Part shown: piece by piece, positions 44,589-55,026 of the stretch
Numbering within the stretch: position 1 is the stretch's first letter
How the letters are laid out: each line of letters starts with the position of its first letter
Source: Paramoeba atlantica
Taxonomy: Eukaryota; Protista; Discosea
Reading direction: 5' to 3'
NCBI GenBank assembly: GCA_977017575.1
Contig: CDRNVI010000026.1
Span: forward strand, 310,001 to 374,000
DNA: 64,000 bases
Notes under the pieces: generated by a model
What the model saw: the letters and a program-made list of their open reading frames with translations, nothing else
What the model was told of the DNA's origin: nothing
Database searches by the model: none
Program-made: the position numbers and the translations under genes

Positions 44589-47039
44589 ATGTACAATACT
44601 TTTGATCGAAAGTCAACCGACCTTCCCCCAACTCCAGAAGATCGTGAACTTGAACAAATCGTCGTCCACGCCCTACGCGAAGACTCCCAGTACCTTGCCG
44701 ATCGACTGAAACAAACAAGACAACTCGTCGTACCCCACCCCCCTCCCGAACCCCCCAACCCTCCCCCCACCTCTTCTTCCCATTCCACAACCCCTCCCCC
44801 CACTTCCTGCTGCGCCCTCTGCCCCTCCCCCGCCACCTACCGCTGCCCGCGCTGTTCCACCCCCACCTGTTCCCTCCCCTGCGTCCGCGCGCACAAACGC
44901 AAACACAACTGTTCCGGTACCCCCACCCCCGAGGCCTTCACCCCCCTCCCCGCCTACTCCTCTCTCCACCTTAAACGGGACTACCACTTTCTAGAGACGT
45001 TACGCAACGGTCTCGAGTCCCTGCGCCGGGCCAACCCCTCGGTGGCCCGTTTCAACCACCGCGTGCTCCCCCCTCCGTTGCATGCGCTCAGCAAGGCCTC
45101 CCGCGCCCACGGGGTGGTGCTGCAGATCATGTCGGAGGGGATGGGGAAGCGCGCGGGGAACACCTCGAGGTATGACAGGCGGCACGACACGATTACGTGG
45201 AGGGTGGGGTTTGTGCTGCATGGAGGGGGAGGGGGGGTAGGGGTGGGGGAGAGGGTGGAGAGGGTAGTGTTGAGTCCGTTTGAGAGAGGGGAGGGGGGGA
45301 AGAGGGGGACACCAACCACCACAACGACAACAACAACAGAGGATGAAAAGGAGACAGGACGTCATGGAGGTTCTTCGGTTGCGGTGATTCATACGGACTG
45401 GGCCAGTGAGCGGTTTAAATTGGGTGAGATTTTTAAAACGGCGTGGAGACGTAACCCCGGACTTACGTCGCATCCGATTCGGAGAGGGTATAATCGTGCA
45501 GGGCGATGGATACCATCGGGGATGGGAAAAGCGGGTGAAGAGGTGTCGAATCCGATGCAGGAGGAGAGGGATGAAGGGGTCCACTCCCACAAGGAGCCTG
45601 TTGAAGAGGTCGCTGCTAAGGAGGGGGGTAATAAACGTCAACGCTCTGAAGGAAAAAGTACAGCAGGGGAGATTTCTCAGCAGGGGCTGCATCATGAAGA
45701 AAATATTCCCGAGGAAGAACACGGAGGTACCCCTGATAAAGAACCGTCTGTTCATTCAGATGCCTCGAATGAGGAGAGTGAGGACAGTGATAACGAGGGC
45801 CATACGAACAAAGTTGAACAGTCTTGTTCAACGGAACAAGAAAAGGACTCCTCCCCGAAGGGGCCTACCAATTCGGAAAAGACGATGGGCGTACCCTCTA
45901 CCAGTGTAGAGACCAGTACATTTTCGGGAGCCACCAGCGATGATGAAACTAACGCGCAGCGTAGGCTTCTTCAGCACTTTGAGGCGGTTACTGGAGGTGA
46001 ATATGTATTTCTCTACCGTGCCGAGCGACTCGGAAACACCGTAGCGTACTACCCACTCAATCCCTCCGACACCTTGCATGACAATCTGCGCTCCGTGTTC
46101 TACGTCGTCGAAAGTCCCGTCATCGAAGTCGTGCCTTTGTTTATGGCGGATCAGTTTCCTCTCATCACAACGGAACAAAAAACGTTTGTTCGAGAGAGCT
46201 TCCGAAAGAACTCCGCGGCGGCGTGGAGTAAAAGGGTGGATGGAGATTCTAGCACTACAACCGGAAGCAACGCTAAGGGGCCTCATGAGAGCCAGAAGAC
46301 GACACCCTTTCCTGACCGTAAACGTCCCGCAGAACAGCCCAAATCCGACGTTCCTTGCGGTAACTTTCGCAAAGGTACGTGTCGTTATGGGGATCAGTGT
46401 CCGCGAACACACTACTCGGAAGAGGAACTCCCGGTTTGTCGTTTTCTGATGAAGGGACTGAAATGTGCACATGGGGAGCGCTGTCTGTACAGTCATGACC
46501 CTCGTCGAGCTCCTGCCTCTCAATACTATCACGTTTCACGGGGACAGAACCGTAGAGGGGGACATGACCAGAGGGGGTTTTCAAGTCCTGTAGGGAATGG
46601 CAGCGGACGAGCGTCTTTTTCTACGTCTCATTCGGCACATGAACCGTCACCCAGAGGTCCCCATCAAGGTAATAGAGGGCGTGGAGGGGGCGGAATGCGT
46701 CCCTCAGGCCATTTTAACAACATGCGCAATGAGCCTCGCGGAAATTGGGGTGAGACCACGAATCACGTAAGTAGCACACCATCCACACGAATGTATCCCG
46801 CAGAATCGTTCTTTCCTCATCCATCAAATCTACAGTCGCCAGGTCCAGTGCATCCGTACCCGGCTCCTGTTCCGGTGGATGGGAGTTCCGGTGCCCCTCA
46901 CTACGGGTTTTCCCAGGCCGCAAACGCTAACTCCCAAAACGTACCCATAGAACCTCGAATGCAACATCCTGGGTTGTCCTCACATCATCAACGCCATGGA
47001 GCACCAGATTCGTTTCCACCACCTCATTTCATGCATTAG
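44589..47039 (+). CDS. BCD1: Box C/D snoRNP assembly factor BCD1/ZNHIT6 with two additional CCCH fingers
   Basis: zf-HIT CALC...YRCPRC...TCSLPCVRAHK...CSG; LKRDYHFLE; NTSRYDRR...ITWRV; CCCH CGNFRKGTCRYGDQCPRTH and CRFLMKGLKCAHGERCLYSH. Confidence 0.82.
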   Translation: MYNTFDRKSTDLPPTPEDRELEQIVVHALREDSQYLADRLKQTRQLVVPHPPPEPPNPPPTSSSHSTTPPPTSCCALCPSPATYRCPRCSTPTCSLPCVRAHKRKHNCSGTPTPEAFTPLPAYSSLHLKRDYHFLETLRNGLESLRRANPSVARFNHRVLPPPLHALSKASRAHGVVLQIMSEGMGKRAGNTSRYDRRHDTITWRVGFVLHGGGGGVGVGERVERVVLSPFERGEGGKRGTPTTTTTTTTEDEKETGRHGGSSVAVIHTDWASERFKLGEIFKTAWRRNPGLTSHPIRRGYNRAGRWIPSGMGKAGEEVSNPMQEERDEGVHSHKEPVEEVAAKEGGNKRQRSEGKSTAGEISQQGLHHEENIPEEEHGGTPDKEPSVHSDASNEESEDSDNEGHTNKVEQSCSTEQEKDSSPKGPTNSEKTMGVPSTSVETSTFSGATSDDETNAQRRLLQHFEAVTGGEYVFLYRAERLGNTVAYYPLNPSDTLHDNLRSVFYVVESPVIEVVPLFMADQFPLITTEQKTFVRESFRKNSAAAWSKRVDGDSSTTTGSNAKGPHESQKTTPFPDRKRPAEQPKSDVPCGNFRKGTCRYGDQCPRTHYSEEELPVCRFLMKGLKCAHGERCLYSHDPRRAPASQYYHVSRGQNRRGGHDQRGFSSPVGNGSGRASFSTSHSAHEPSPRGPHQGNRGRGGGGMRPSGHFNNMRNEPRGNWGETTNHVSSTPSTRMYPAESFFPHPSNLQSPGPVHPYPAPVPVDGSSGAPHYGFSQAANANSQNVPIEPRMQHPGLSSHHQRHGAPDSFPPPHFMH

Positions 47040-47354
47040 GATGAGCCTAAGCCCCCCGAAATCCTTAATTTCATGTTCACTTCAAACCCCCAGATTTCAA
47101 AGCTCCATGAAATACATGTATACGATCTTGTACCAAATAGCATCTCCATGGGCCTATTCGTTGGATCACTGATTATTTAATAACCAAAAACGCAATGCAC
47201 CATGATAATAAATATTTACCTCATAAATTTACCTCATAACTTATTGAATTATTAAATCACGATAAAATATTATAATTTATTATACATGTCATAAATACTC
47301 ATGAGGAACATAGAGACTTTACAAATGGCCATGCAACAATATAGCGCATGATAC

Positions 47355-48749
47355 ATGTATGTATGCGAAGATCGTACACGTATGTACGTGCCGCAGAGTG
47401 TAATGAATTTGATTTCAGCGAAATTCTATTTTAGGACTCGAACTACTTCATACTATAGTATGACTTCGCACTCCCGCTTCTTCGATGAACTCCATCGGCA
47501 GTGTGAGAAGGGATGTTTTTACGAAGCTGTTCAACGGAGTAAAGCACAGATGAATCGTCTGTTACGTGCGAAACGGATAGATGAATATGTATCTCTTTGT
47601 GCTTTAGTCGTAGAGACTCTTTTACGGTATGAACGAGTGGAGGAGGTTGAATCTCTTTCGATGGAAATTCTACTTGTCTATCGCCGTGAAAATATTGTGC
47701 CGGACAAAACCAGTGTGGAGAATTTACGATGCATAGCGGGCCGGCTTGTCGCTGCGTGTAAGATCGATTTTGAAAGTACTGAGAGCACGGAGACATTGGC
47801 TATGGATAAATATGAGCTTTTCTCAATGGTGCGTCGGGTCCTTGTGAAGTACTATGACTGGCATTCTACGGCCCCAGTCCCCTGCATGAGAGCAGAGAAA
47901 TATGAAAAAGTGGTGTATGAAGAACTTTTGATAGAGCGTGAGCCTTGGGATTTCATTCCACACGCATTGGCAATCATGGATTTACGTCATGGCATTTGCA
48001 ACATGCAAACTCGCAAGTGGAGTTTTACCACGGTGAATACTGCGCTGCAGTTAGAGACAATTTTGACGCTGTTCTTAAAAAAGTGTTGTAGAAAAGAAGT
48101 TTCGAAAACCTTCATGCGCGACGTAGTGGATTGCTTTAAAAAAGCGGGAGTTTGCTTAACTGTTTCAGACATGACCCCTTTGCAAGACTTGCACCACTGT
48201 TTTACCCATGATACTCCTTTAGTACAAAATATGAAGATGATTGACGATGAGATAAAGCGCGGAGGTCTCCTTTCATTTTTTTCACAATACAAAACAGAAT
48301 TTATTTTTATGATTTCCCGCGTCGTGCTGGAAGCTCTAGCAACAGTGGACTTTGTTATTGTTCAATGTATAATGCGTGGTGTATATCTTCCGTTAGCCAA
48401 CTTTATTGGAATGTGCCAAGAAGTAAAAAAGATGAACAATTCAGACATGAACGAAATTTCGAATACACCTTTAGACATGTCAAAGTCTAGACAAGATTTT
48501 TTGAAGAGAAGAAATCAGCTTTCTTTTACTGTTGTGCATTTTGTTTGCTCTGTTTTTGAACTAAGTCAATGTATTGCTCTAGCTAAAAGGAAAGAAGTCA
48601 AACCTGCATTTTCCGAGTTATCAAAGTATCACGAACATTTTATGGGGATCTGCTCCATATATTCTCCTATACTTACCTATGACGTCTCAATTTCGTTAAT
48701 ATTGAAGAACGTCGAAAAAAAATATTTTCGTTCCGAACACGATTGGTAA
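47355..48749 (+). CDS. GET4: GET4/TRC35-like protein
   Basis: N-terminal ELHRQCEKGCFYEAVQRSK...LLRYERVEEVESLSMEILLVY resembles the GET4 GxYYEAHQ region; the rest is divergent. Confidence 0.6.
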   Translation: MYVCEDRTRMYVPQSVMNLISAKFYFRTRTTSYYSMTSHSRFFDELHRQCEKGCFYEAVQRSKAQMNRLLRAKRIDEYVSLCALVVETLLRYERVEEVESLSMEILLVYRRENIVPDKTSVENLRCIAGRLVAACKIDFESTESTETLAMDKYELFSMVRRVLVKYYDWHSTAPVPCMRAEKYEKVVYEELLIEREPWDFIPHALAIMDLRHGICNMQTRKWSFTTVNTALQLETILTLFLKKCCRKEVSKTFMRDVVDCFKKAGVCLTVSDMTPLQDLHHCFTHDTPLVQNMKMIDDEIKRGGLLSFFSQYKTEFIFMISRVVLEALATVDFVIVQCIMRGVYLPLANFIGMCQEVKKMNNSDMNEISNTPLDMSKSRQDFLKRRNQLSFTVVHFVCSVFELSQCIALAKRKEVKPAFSELSKYHEHFMGICSIYSPILTYDVSISLILKNVEKKYFRSEHDW

Positions 48750-48802
48750 TGAGACGACCCTAAGGTTCATTCCAGGGTCCGAATAATTTTATAAAGTTTA
48801 TA

Positions 48803-49803
48803 CAGTCCAGGACACAATGTTTGCTCCCTCAGACCACAGAGTACACCGTAAGAGCTTTTGACCTCATTCCTTAGATAGATCCTTAGAATTCCTTAGATAG
48901 ATCTCGAAAAGGTAGCCCGGTTCTCGTGTTTTTTTCATCCGCAGAGACCCCTAGATCCCCTTTGTGCATCCCCAAGGTTTTTTCCTAAAAAAAAATAGAT
49001 TTTTTGGACTAAAAACATGAAATTCATCGGAAATACTTCTGTGAAAGGATAAACCAGTACCCTGTATGGTCCTACACCTAAACACTCATGAATGTCTTTT
49101 AGAACCTTTTGCGTCGCCCCATTAACTCTGATAAGAAATTTTTGCGAACGTACAAAATCTAGTCAAAAACTTTTCTTTTCCGCTTTCGCGCAGGGACTCA
49201 AAATGATAAGAAATACCACTGAAGTACCGAAACGTCATCGGTTTCGTAATCGCAGCAAGAGTGTCTCGACGAAGAAATAGATGAGACAACCCTTTTTCAT
49301 ACAACTCCTTGTTGCATCTAGGAGGGTGATATTGATAAAGTGCTCCGAACCCAAGACTCACCAGTGTATTCCACTCTTTCTTTCTATAAATACCTTTCAC
49401 TGCGTACATTTCTGTCTTTTATTCCTTGTTCACAATGCATTTTGATTTGCCAGTATCTAAACTAGCACAGAGAGTTTATTTCTCTTCTATAGTCAAGGCA
49501 ACGCGAAATTTGCTATGACCCAGAGTTTCATTTTTTGAGTTTAAAACTAACGCGTTCGGCGGAACTGTAGATACAGTATTTCTCCATGGAAACGTATAAC
49601 AGCGATTGTTTCACTGGGAAGTGGAGACATCATGACTCGACTAGATTCAAAAATTAACCGGGGCGGACTCGTAAAAAAGAGTAAGAGTAAAAGGTTTCAA
49701 AAGTTCATTCCAAAATAGGTTGTGATGTCTATACCCTACTACCCCCTTATCATCAAGCCTTGAGGATAAGGAAGGGGGTAGGATTAGTAAGGGGGAAGCA
49801 GTA
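48803..49803. mobile_element. Jumble of TE debris: solo Tc1 terminus, pogo-like HTH remnant on the minus strand, C-tract terminus
   Basis: TA|CAGTCCAGG...ACCGTAAGAGCTTTT matches the 31193 TIR; minus-strand RVALTIEEK near 49500; ...TAAGGGGGAAGCAG|TA end near 49803. Confidence 0.5.
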
Positions 49804-49855
49804 TTCCTAGAAAAATAATCTTTACTACGATTCTGACTCTACTGTATGTACTTTC

Positions 49856-50055
49856 ATGTTCTTTATTTTTTGCAATACAGCTGAATCATCTTACCCGCTT
49901 CGAGGGAGCAAAGTAAGTGGCGCTAACTTACCCCAAGAATACACTCTATCTCAATTCTTGAGCAAAATTGCTTTTGAAGAAGCCTCCTGGAGCACTCATA
50001 CTCCAGCATGTGAATACAAATACGTCACATGTAATGAAGAAGGGGGTGTAATTAA
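49856..50055 (+). pseudogene. LRR gene 5' fragment truncated at a piggyBac-like insertion
   Basis: AESSYPLRGSKVSGANLPQEYTL...SWSTHTPACEYKYVTCNEE closely parallels the 38928 gene and stops at TTAA. Confidence 0.8.
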
Positions 50056-50711
50056 CCCGGGGTGAGGATTAATATTTAAATTCCGATTTCATTATTAACC
50101 CGCAATTTAAATATTAACGTGTAAGAGAAAACGATTTAAATATTAATGTGCAAGCAGGTTAATATTTAAATTCCAGAATGTTTTTCAAGGTATGATCTTT
50201 TTTTACGAATGAGGGGATGCGAGCATGATCTCGCGTGATCTCACATGATCTCTAGTGATATCGTTTTGGACCTCACCCGCAGACGCTCGAGTGTAGAAAT
50301 ATAAACAGGGGGGCGGATTATTATTACAGTGTAAAGGCTAAAAGGGTTAAGATAGTTCAGCGGACGAGTTGGATGAAAATCCACCTTTGAGTGATAGCCT
50401 CCCCAAAAGCTACCTCAGTTTACTACGAGGAGGCAACACCCCCATTGGGATAGAAAGCCTTACAACTTTCAACTTTCCCTGGTGACGTCCAAGGATGACC
50501 GTTCAGTTGAATGCCTCTTAACACTTTCATGAAACTGATCTGCGAAAAAGGCTTCCATAGGAAAAAAAGCGATTTAAATATTAATCTGCATCAAAATATT
50601 AATGTGCAAACAGGTTAATATTTAAATAAAATTTAAATATTAACTTGCAATTTAAATATTAAGGCGAATTTAAATATTAATCCGCATTTAAATATTATTC
50701 CGCACCCCGGG
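50056..50711. mobile_element. piggyBac-like MITE, 656 bp
   Basis: TTAA|CCCGGGGTGAGGATTAATATTTAAA...TTTAAATATTATTCCGCACCCCGGG|TTAT; many ATTTAAATATTAA repeats. Confidence 0.7.
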
Positions 50712-50829
50712 TTATAATTCTCCCACGCTTGCGGGATACACTCGCGTGACTACTGGTCGTTTGGGTGGGGTTTCTTCAGAACTGCTTGCTGCGCGGTGCA
50801 GGGCCAGCCACGCGATCCCGAAAATCCTG

Positions 50830-51780
50830 TCTATTCTTGCGTAATGCGGGGCAATATCGCTGGATATGACCGGCGTTACACGCAGTAATAACACACTGGC
50901 GCATTCATTCCCTGAGTCGAGGAATATCCAGAATTTTCTTGCCCTTGAAAAACGCTGCGCAAGCGACTGTTAACGGATCGATACATCTTTTCTCGGTCAC
51001 TCAACTGATCCTGTATGTGATGATAGTACTTGTCATTGGGTCGTTCCTCTTTCTCTAACTTAGGTGCACTGCCTCTACATCCACTCGTCGTGCCTTCCAG
51101 TAGGCATCCCGAAGCGATTGCACGATTCCTTTGCCTAGTTTCAGAAAAGCTCCCGTGTTCCAAGTCGAATATTTCCGCGCAAGCATAATCCATTTTTCTA
51201 AAGTGTTCTCGAAATTGCGCAATTGCTGTTTTTTTTTGAACATTTCGATGTGCAAAGAACTGCGAGGGGAGCACACCATATTCTGGGGCTGATTTCAATT
51301 CCCGAATTAGGTCTCGTACGCGAAACAACCCCCTAGATCTCCTACAGCTTCCCACGTCGGTATGTCGTATGCATCAAATTTGGTTGTTCCATCAAACTTG
51401 GTTGTTCAAAAGCGGAGAGCGAGGCGGGGAGCGGGGCGGGGAGCGCGGCAGTGAGGAGGCGAGTAGGGGGCGAGCAAGGGACGATCAGGGGACGAGCAAG
51501 GGTCGAGCAGGGCGGTTCAGGCGCAGGGGGCGGAGTAGGGTGGGGAGCAGGGGGCGAGCAGTGCGTCTCAGGAGGCGTGGAAGAGGGGGGGGGCAAGGGG
51601 GCGAGAAGAGGGTGCACAGGGGGGAGCATGGTGGCACAGGAGGTGGGGAGGGGGGGGAGGAGGCGGCAGTGGGGGTGCAGGGGGCAGCGATGGAATAAAA
51701 TCCACGGCGAGGGGCATCATCAAAGTAAAATATAGAAAAAGACCAACAAGGTACATGTGCTTCATGTAACCTACGCTCAA
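50830..51780 (-). pseudogene. gag-like remnant: Pro-rich N-terminus and frameshifted CCHC knuckle
   Basis: VCYYC followed, after a frameshift, by NAGHIQRYCP near 50850-50890; Pro-rich APCSPP-like repeats at 51400-51700. Confidence 0.5.
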
Positions 51781-52306
51781 TAATTGTTGTGAGTTTGCTC
51801 TGGACGATGTTCGTCAGAATCTTAGATGCCGTATTGCAAATTGAAATTCCAGCCGTATTGCAAATCGAAAATACGAGTCGGGATCCCTAGGACTTCCAGA
51901 GCTCTTACTTTTCAATAATGGTATCAAGTATGAGTGAGACAAACTAATATGGAAAGTTCCTTCTTCCCATCATTCGTTGCATCAGGAGTTTTAGTCTTTA
52001 GAGAGCGTTGCCCCCCGCGTCCTTTAAGTTTTAAAATCGTATCTTCCTAAAGAGTTGGTGTTTGTTCATATTTGTTTCACAGGTGTCTGGCATCAAATAC
52101 CAAGATGCTAAAAAACTAGGGCACTACATCTTTACCATTGAGAGGTTACCGAATGCTAACAAAGCAAGGCATCAAATAACGGGGGGAGGGGACACTCGAT
52201 GAACATTCAGCGAACGGACAGTGCGTTCGATGAATTTAAACTTCATTTGAAAATAGAGCTCTTGTAACCTAGGAAACACTTCCTTATTGTAACTTACGAA
52301 CGGGCG

Positions 52307-53100
52307 TTACGCCCACCACGTCGGGACCTGGTAAAAACCACATTTAAGGTCTCTTTTTACACCCACCTCCATATCCACGCGATGGAGGTATTTGGCCGGA
52401 TGGAGGAGTGGAACAAGTGGCTCACATTCCTTCAAGCGCTCATTGTCGTCCCGAGTCCAAGAGATAAAGCGTCGCCGCAGTTTCCCATCTTCATCCGCCT
52501 CTACTACTGTAAACGGAACCAGGTACTGCACTATCAGTACCGTGCGAGCAATTGCGTCGGAGACTCGTTCAATGACCTTTGCTTGCAGCAAGTCTTTAAT
52601 GTCGGTTTCAAGGGGATTGCCTTTAACAGAGGGCTCTGGCTGTGGCGCAATTCTCGTGCACAACATCTTATTTAACACCAGCTCGGAACGGCGTTTTGCG
52701 TCGTTCCTCATCCATCTCTTTATTTAATCCTAATCCATATTCGGAATTCAGGTTTTCACATGTAATGGTAAATGCATATCGCGGGCTTCGCTAACCGTGA
52801 AGTTCTTCTGGCGCAGATCATACTGTAGCGCTTCACGTGAGGTAATCTGCTCGAGACACTTGTCAACATCCGCATGGGTTATAGAAGTGGGAGGAGAGCC
52901 GAAGCCCGATGAGTACCGAGCGCTTTCGCCGTTGTTACGAGGTTCGCGTTGTACCTCAAGAGGGATGTGACGTTTTGATGCTTGGCGATATGAGCCACGG
53001 AGCCCTGAAAACGGTGGTCGGAGAGAAACGTCCATGTAGTTCAAAGTTAAGGAGATGTCCATCCCGTTTGAAAAGTCAGGTGCAGAAGTCACGATGGATA
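52307..53100 (-). pseudogene. Reverse transcriptase N-terminal fragment, TATE/DIRS-like (LTR-type RT)
   Basis: LPLHVK; IKDLLQAKVIER...PFTVVE...GKLRRRFISWTR...KRDLKCGFYQVP. Confidence 0.6.
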
Positions 53101-53449
53101 CTCTTCTCTTACGAATGCTTAATAAATATTTGCGCGTGACAGGGAACGCAGCGCTACATCAGCATGTATGGGAATTCGAGTTTTCAAGACTACGAATGGA
53201 TGAAACTTTTTATAGGGAAAGGAAATGTCGTAAGGGAAATCGTGAATTTTTATATTGGGCACAGTAATCGAAAGGTTACGCTCAGCGAATAGGGAAAGCG
53301 GGATCCATAGAAAGCGGGCTCTAGAGAAAGCAAAAGCCTAGGAAGACAACCTAAGCGACGTTTAGCGTATGATCTACGAGGTTGCCTAAGGCTAAAGAAA
53401 GCGGCAAAAGATTTAAACATTGCCGTGGTAGTCGGCTATAATTTTTATC

Positions 53450-54451
53450 TTGACTCTTGTACGCTATAATATGCACTTTTCCACTGCGCTTCAACAAAAT
53501 CGCCTTTTTCTAAACTTCCCATTCACCCTTCTTTCTCTCATCATGCCTCCTCCTTCTGCCCCACCACGCCACTCTCCCTTCCTCTCCCTCCCCCACATTC
53601 TCTCTCCCCTCACCCTTCTTCCCTCTCTCCTGCTGCTATCCTCTGAACGCTTTAACACGGAGGACATTCCGGAAATGCATCCCTCCTCCTTAGTCGTTTC
53701 GCATTCTCCTTCTCCTGTCGCTCCTTCCCTTGTTTTCTTTATTCAACACCTTCGTAACCCCCATGAGAGTTGGACGCATAGCCGCCCGGAATGCACATGG
53801 GATGGGGTTCAATGCGACGCTCATGGTGTGCTGCGTGAGATCGACTGGAGAGGGCGGGAGCTGCACGGAAACCTCAGCTGGGGCGTGCTCCCCCCTTCCG
53901 TGACCTGCCTGCGGTTGGGTCCGGAATGGTTGTACACGAATGCACTACAGGGTTCTGTTGATTTCTTTACTCTCCCAGCCCAGCTGGTGGAGTTGGAGCT
54001 GACCGGAAACCAGTTTAGTGGTACCGCCCCGTTACACGCACTGCCGCCTTTTCTCGAGGAGCTTGCGGCCGGGGAGAACCATTTTCATGGGACGCTGGAC
54101 CTAACACATCTCCCGCGGGGGTTGCGGTCGCTGTCTTTTTATGAGAACCAGCTCTCTGGGGGTCTTTGTCTGTCTGCTCTCCCCGCCGCGCTTACCTCGC
54201 TGTACTTAATGACCAACCACTTCACGGGGAGTGTGGAGTTACGACATCTCCCCGCTGGGGTCGAGGTAATTGATCTCAGTGATAACCCGCTGGGGGGATC
54301 GGTGCGACTAGAGTCATTGCCAGAATCCCTCCATACGCTGAATTTATCCTATACAGATTTAGTTCCCGCCCCCTCAGTAGCGGGTGTACCGAGATGTGTG
54401 CACCTCGGAGATGCAGCGATGCGGATGCGTATGAGGAACACATACGTATAG
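53450..54451 (+). CDS. LRR family protein
   Basis: HESW...ECTWDGVQC cap; repeats such as LELTGNQFSGTAPLHALPPFL; real start probably downstream of the TTG. Confidence 0.85.
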   Translation: MTLVRYNMHFSTALQQNRLFLNFPFTLLSLIMPPPSAPPRHSPFLSLPHILSPLTLLPSLLLLSSERFNTEDIPEMHPSSLVVSHSPSPVAPSLVFFIQHLRNPHESWTHSRPECTWDGVQCDAHGVLREIDWRGRELHGNLSWGVLPPSVTCLRLGPEWLYTNALQGSVDFFTLPAQLVELELTGNQFSGTAPLHALPPFLEELAAGENHFHGTLDLTHLPRGLRSLSFYENQLSGGLCLSALPAALTSLYLMTNHFTGSVELRHLPAGVEVIDLSDNPLGGSVRLESLPESLHTLNLSYTDLVPAPSVAGVPRCVHLGDAAMRMRMRNTYV

Positions 54452-55026
54452 CGCGTAGGTTCATAGGGAAACGCCCTGTCCTTCTGTGGAAATCATTCAT
54501 TCCGTTCTACATAGAAACATTACGTGCCATATGTAAAAAAGCCAACTCTGGATCGTTTCCCCGAGTGATATTATCGATGTCGTCGATCGTTGATGTCATC
54601 GACGACGTACGTTTTCTTCCCGATGTTGGGAGTTAACTTGATGATGTGGACAAATCGTCGAATCAATCGGCAACGAGGTAGTTTTAACAGCGAATGAGCT
54701 CCTGTTAGGTTCGCTACCTTAATGATTAAGGTACGCTGATTAATATGCTTAATACGCTGATTATTAATCAGCGTAACTTGAAAATGGATTTATTTTTCAT
54801 GTATCCCTTTGTGGGATGCAATCCCAAAGTGGTACATGACAAACAATTTTTCTCACAAGTCTTCATATACTCGAAACCTTCATTTGTTTATCCGTCTTGC
54901 CTCATTTCTGTTGCATACAAGAGATCTCAGCAATCTCGTGAAGAGCTATGCTGCCATTTTTTATAGTAGAAAGTTTCTTTCATACGATTTTGTTGTCCGG
55001 GCATGCCCCGGGCGTAATGGTAGACA

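Noticed and set aside
49545-49553. AACTAACGC, the first 9 nt of the kinetoplastid spliced leader
   Set aside because: The match does not continue into the rest of the SL exon; expected by chance.
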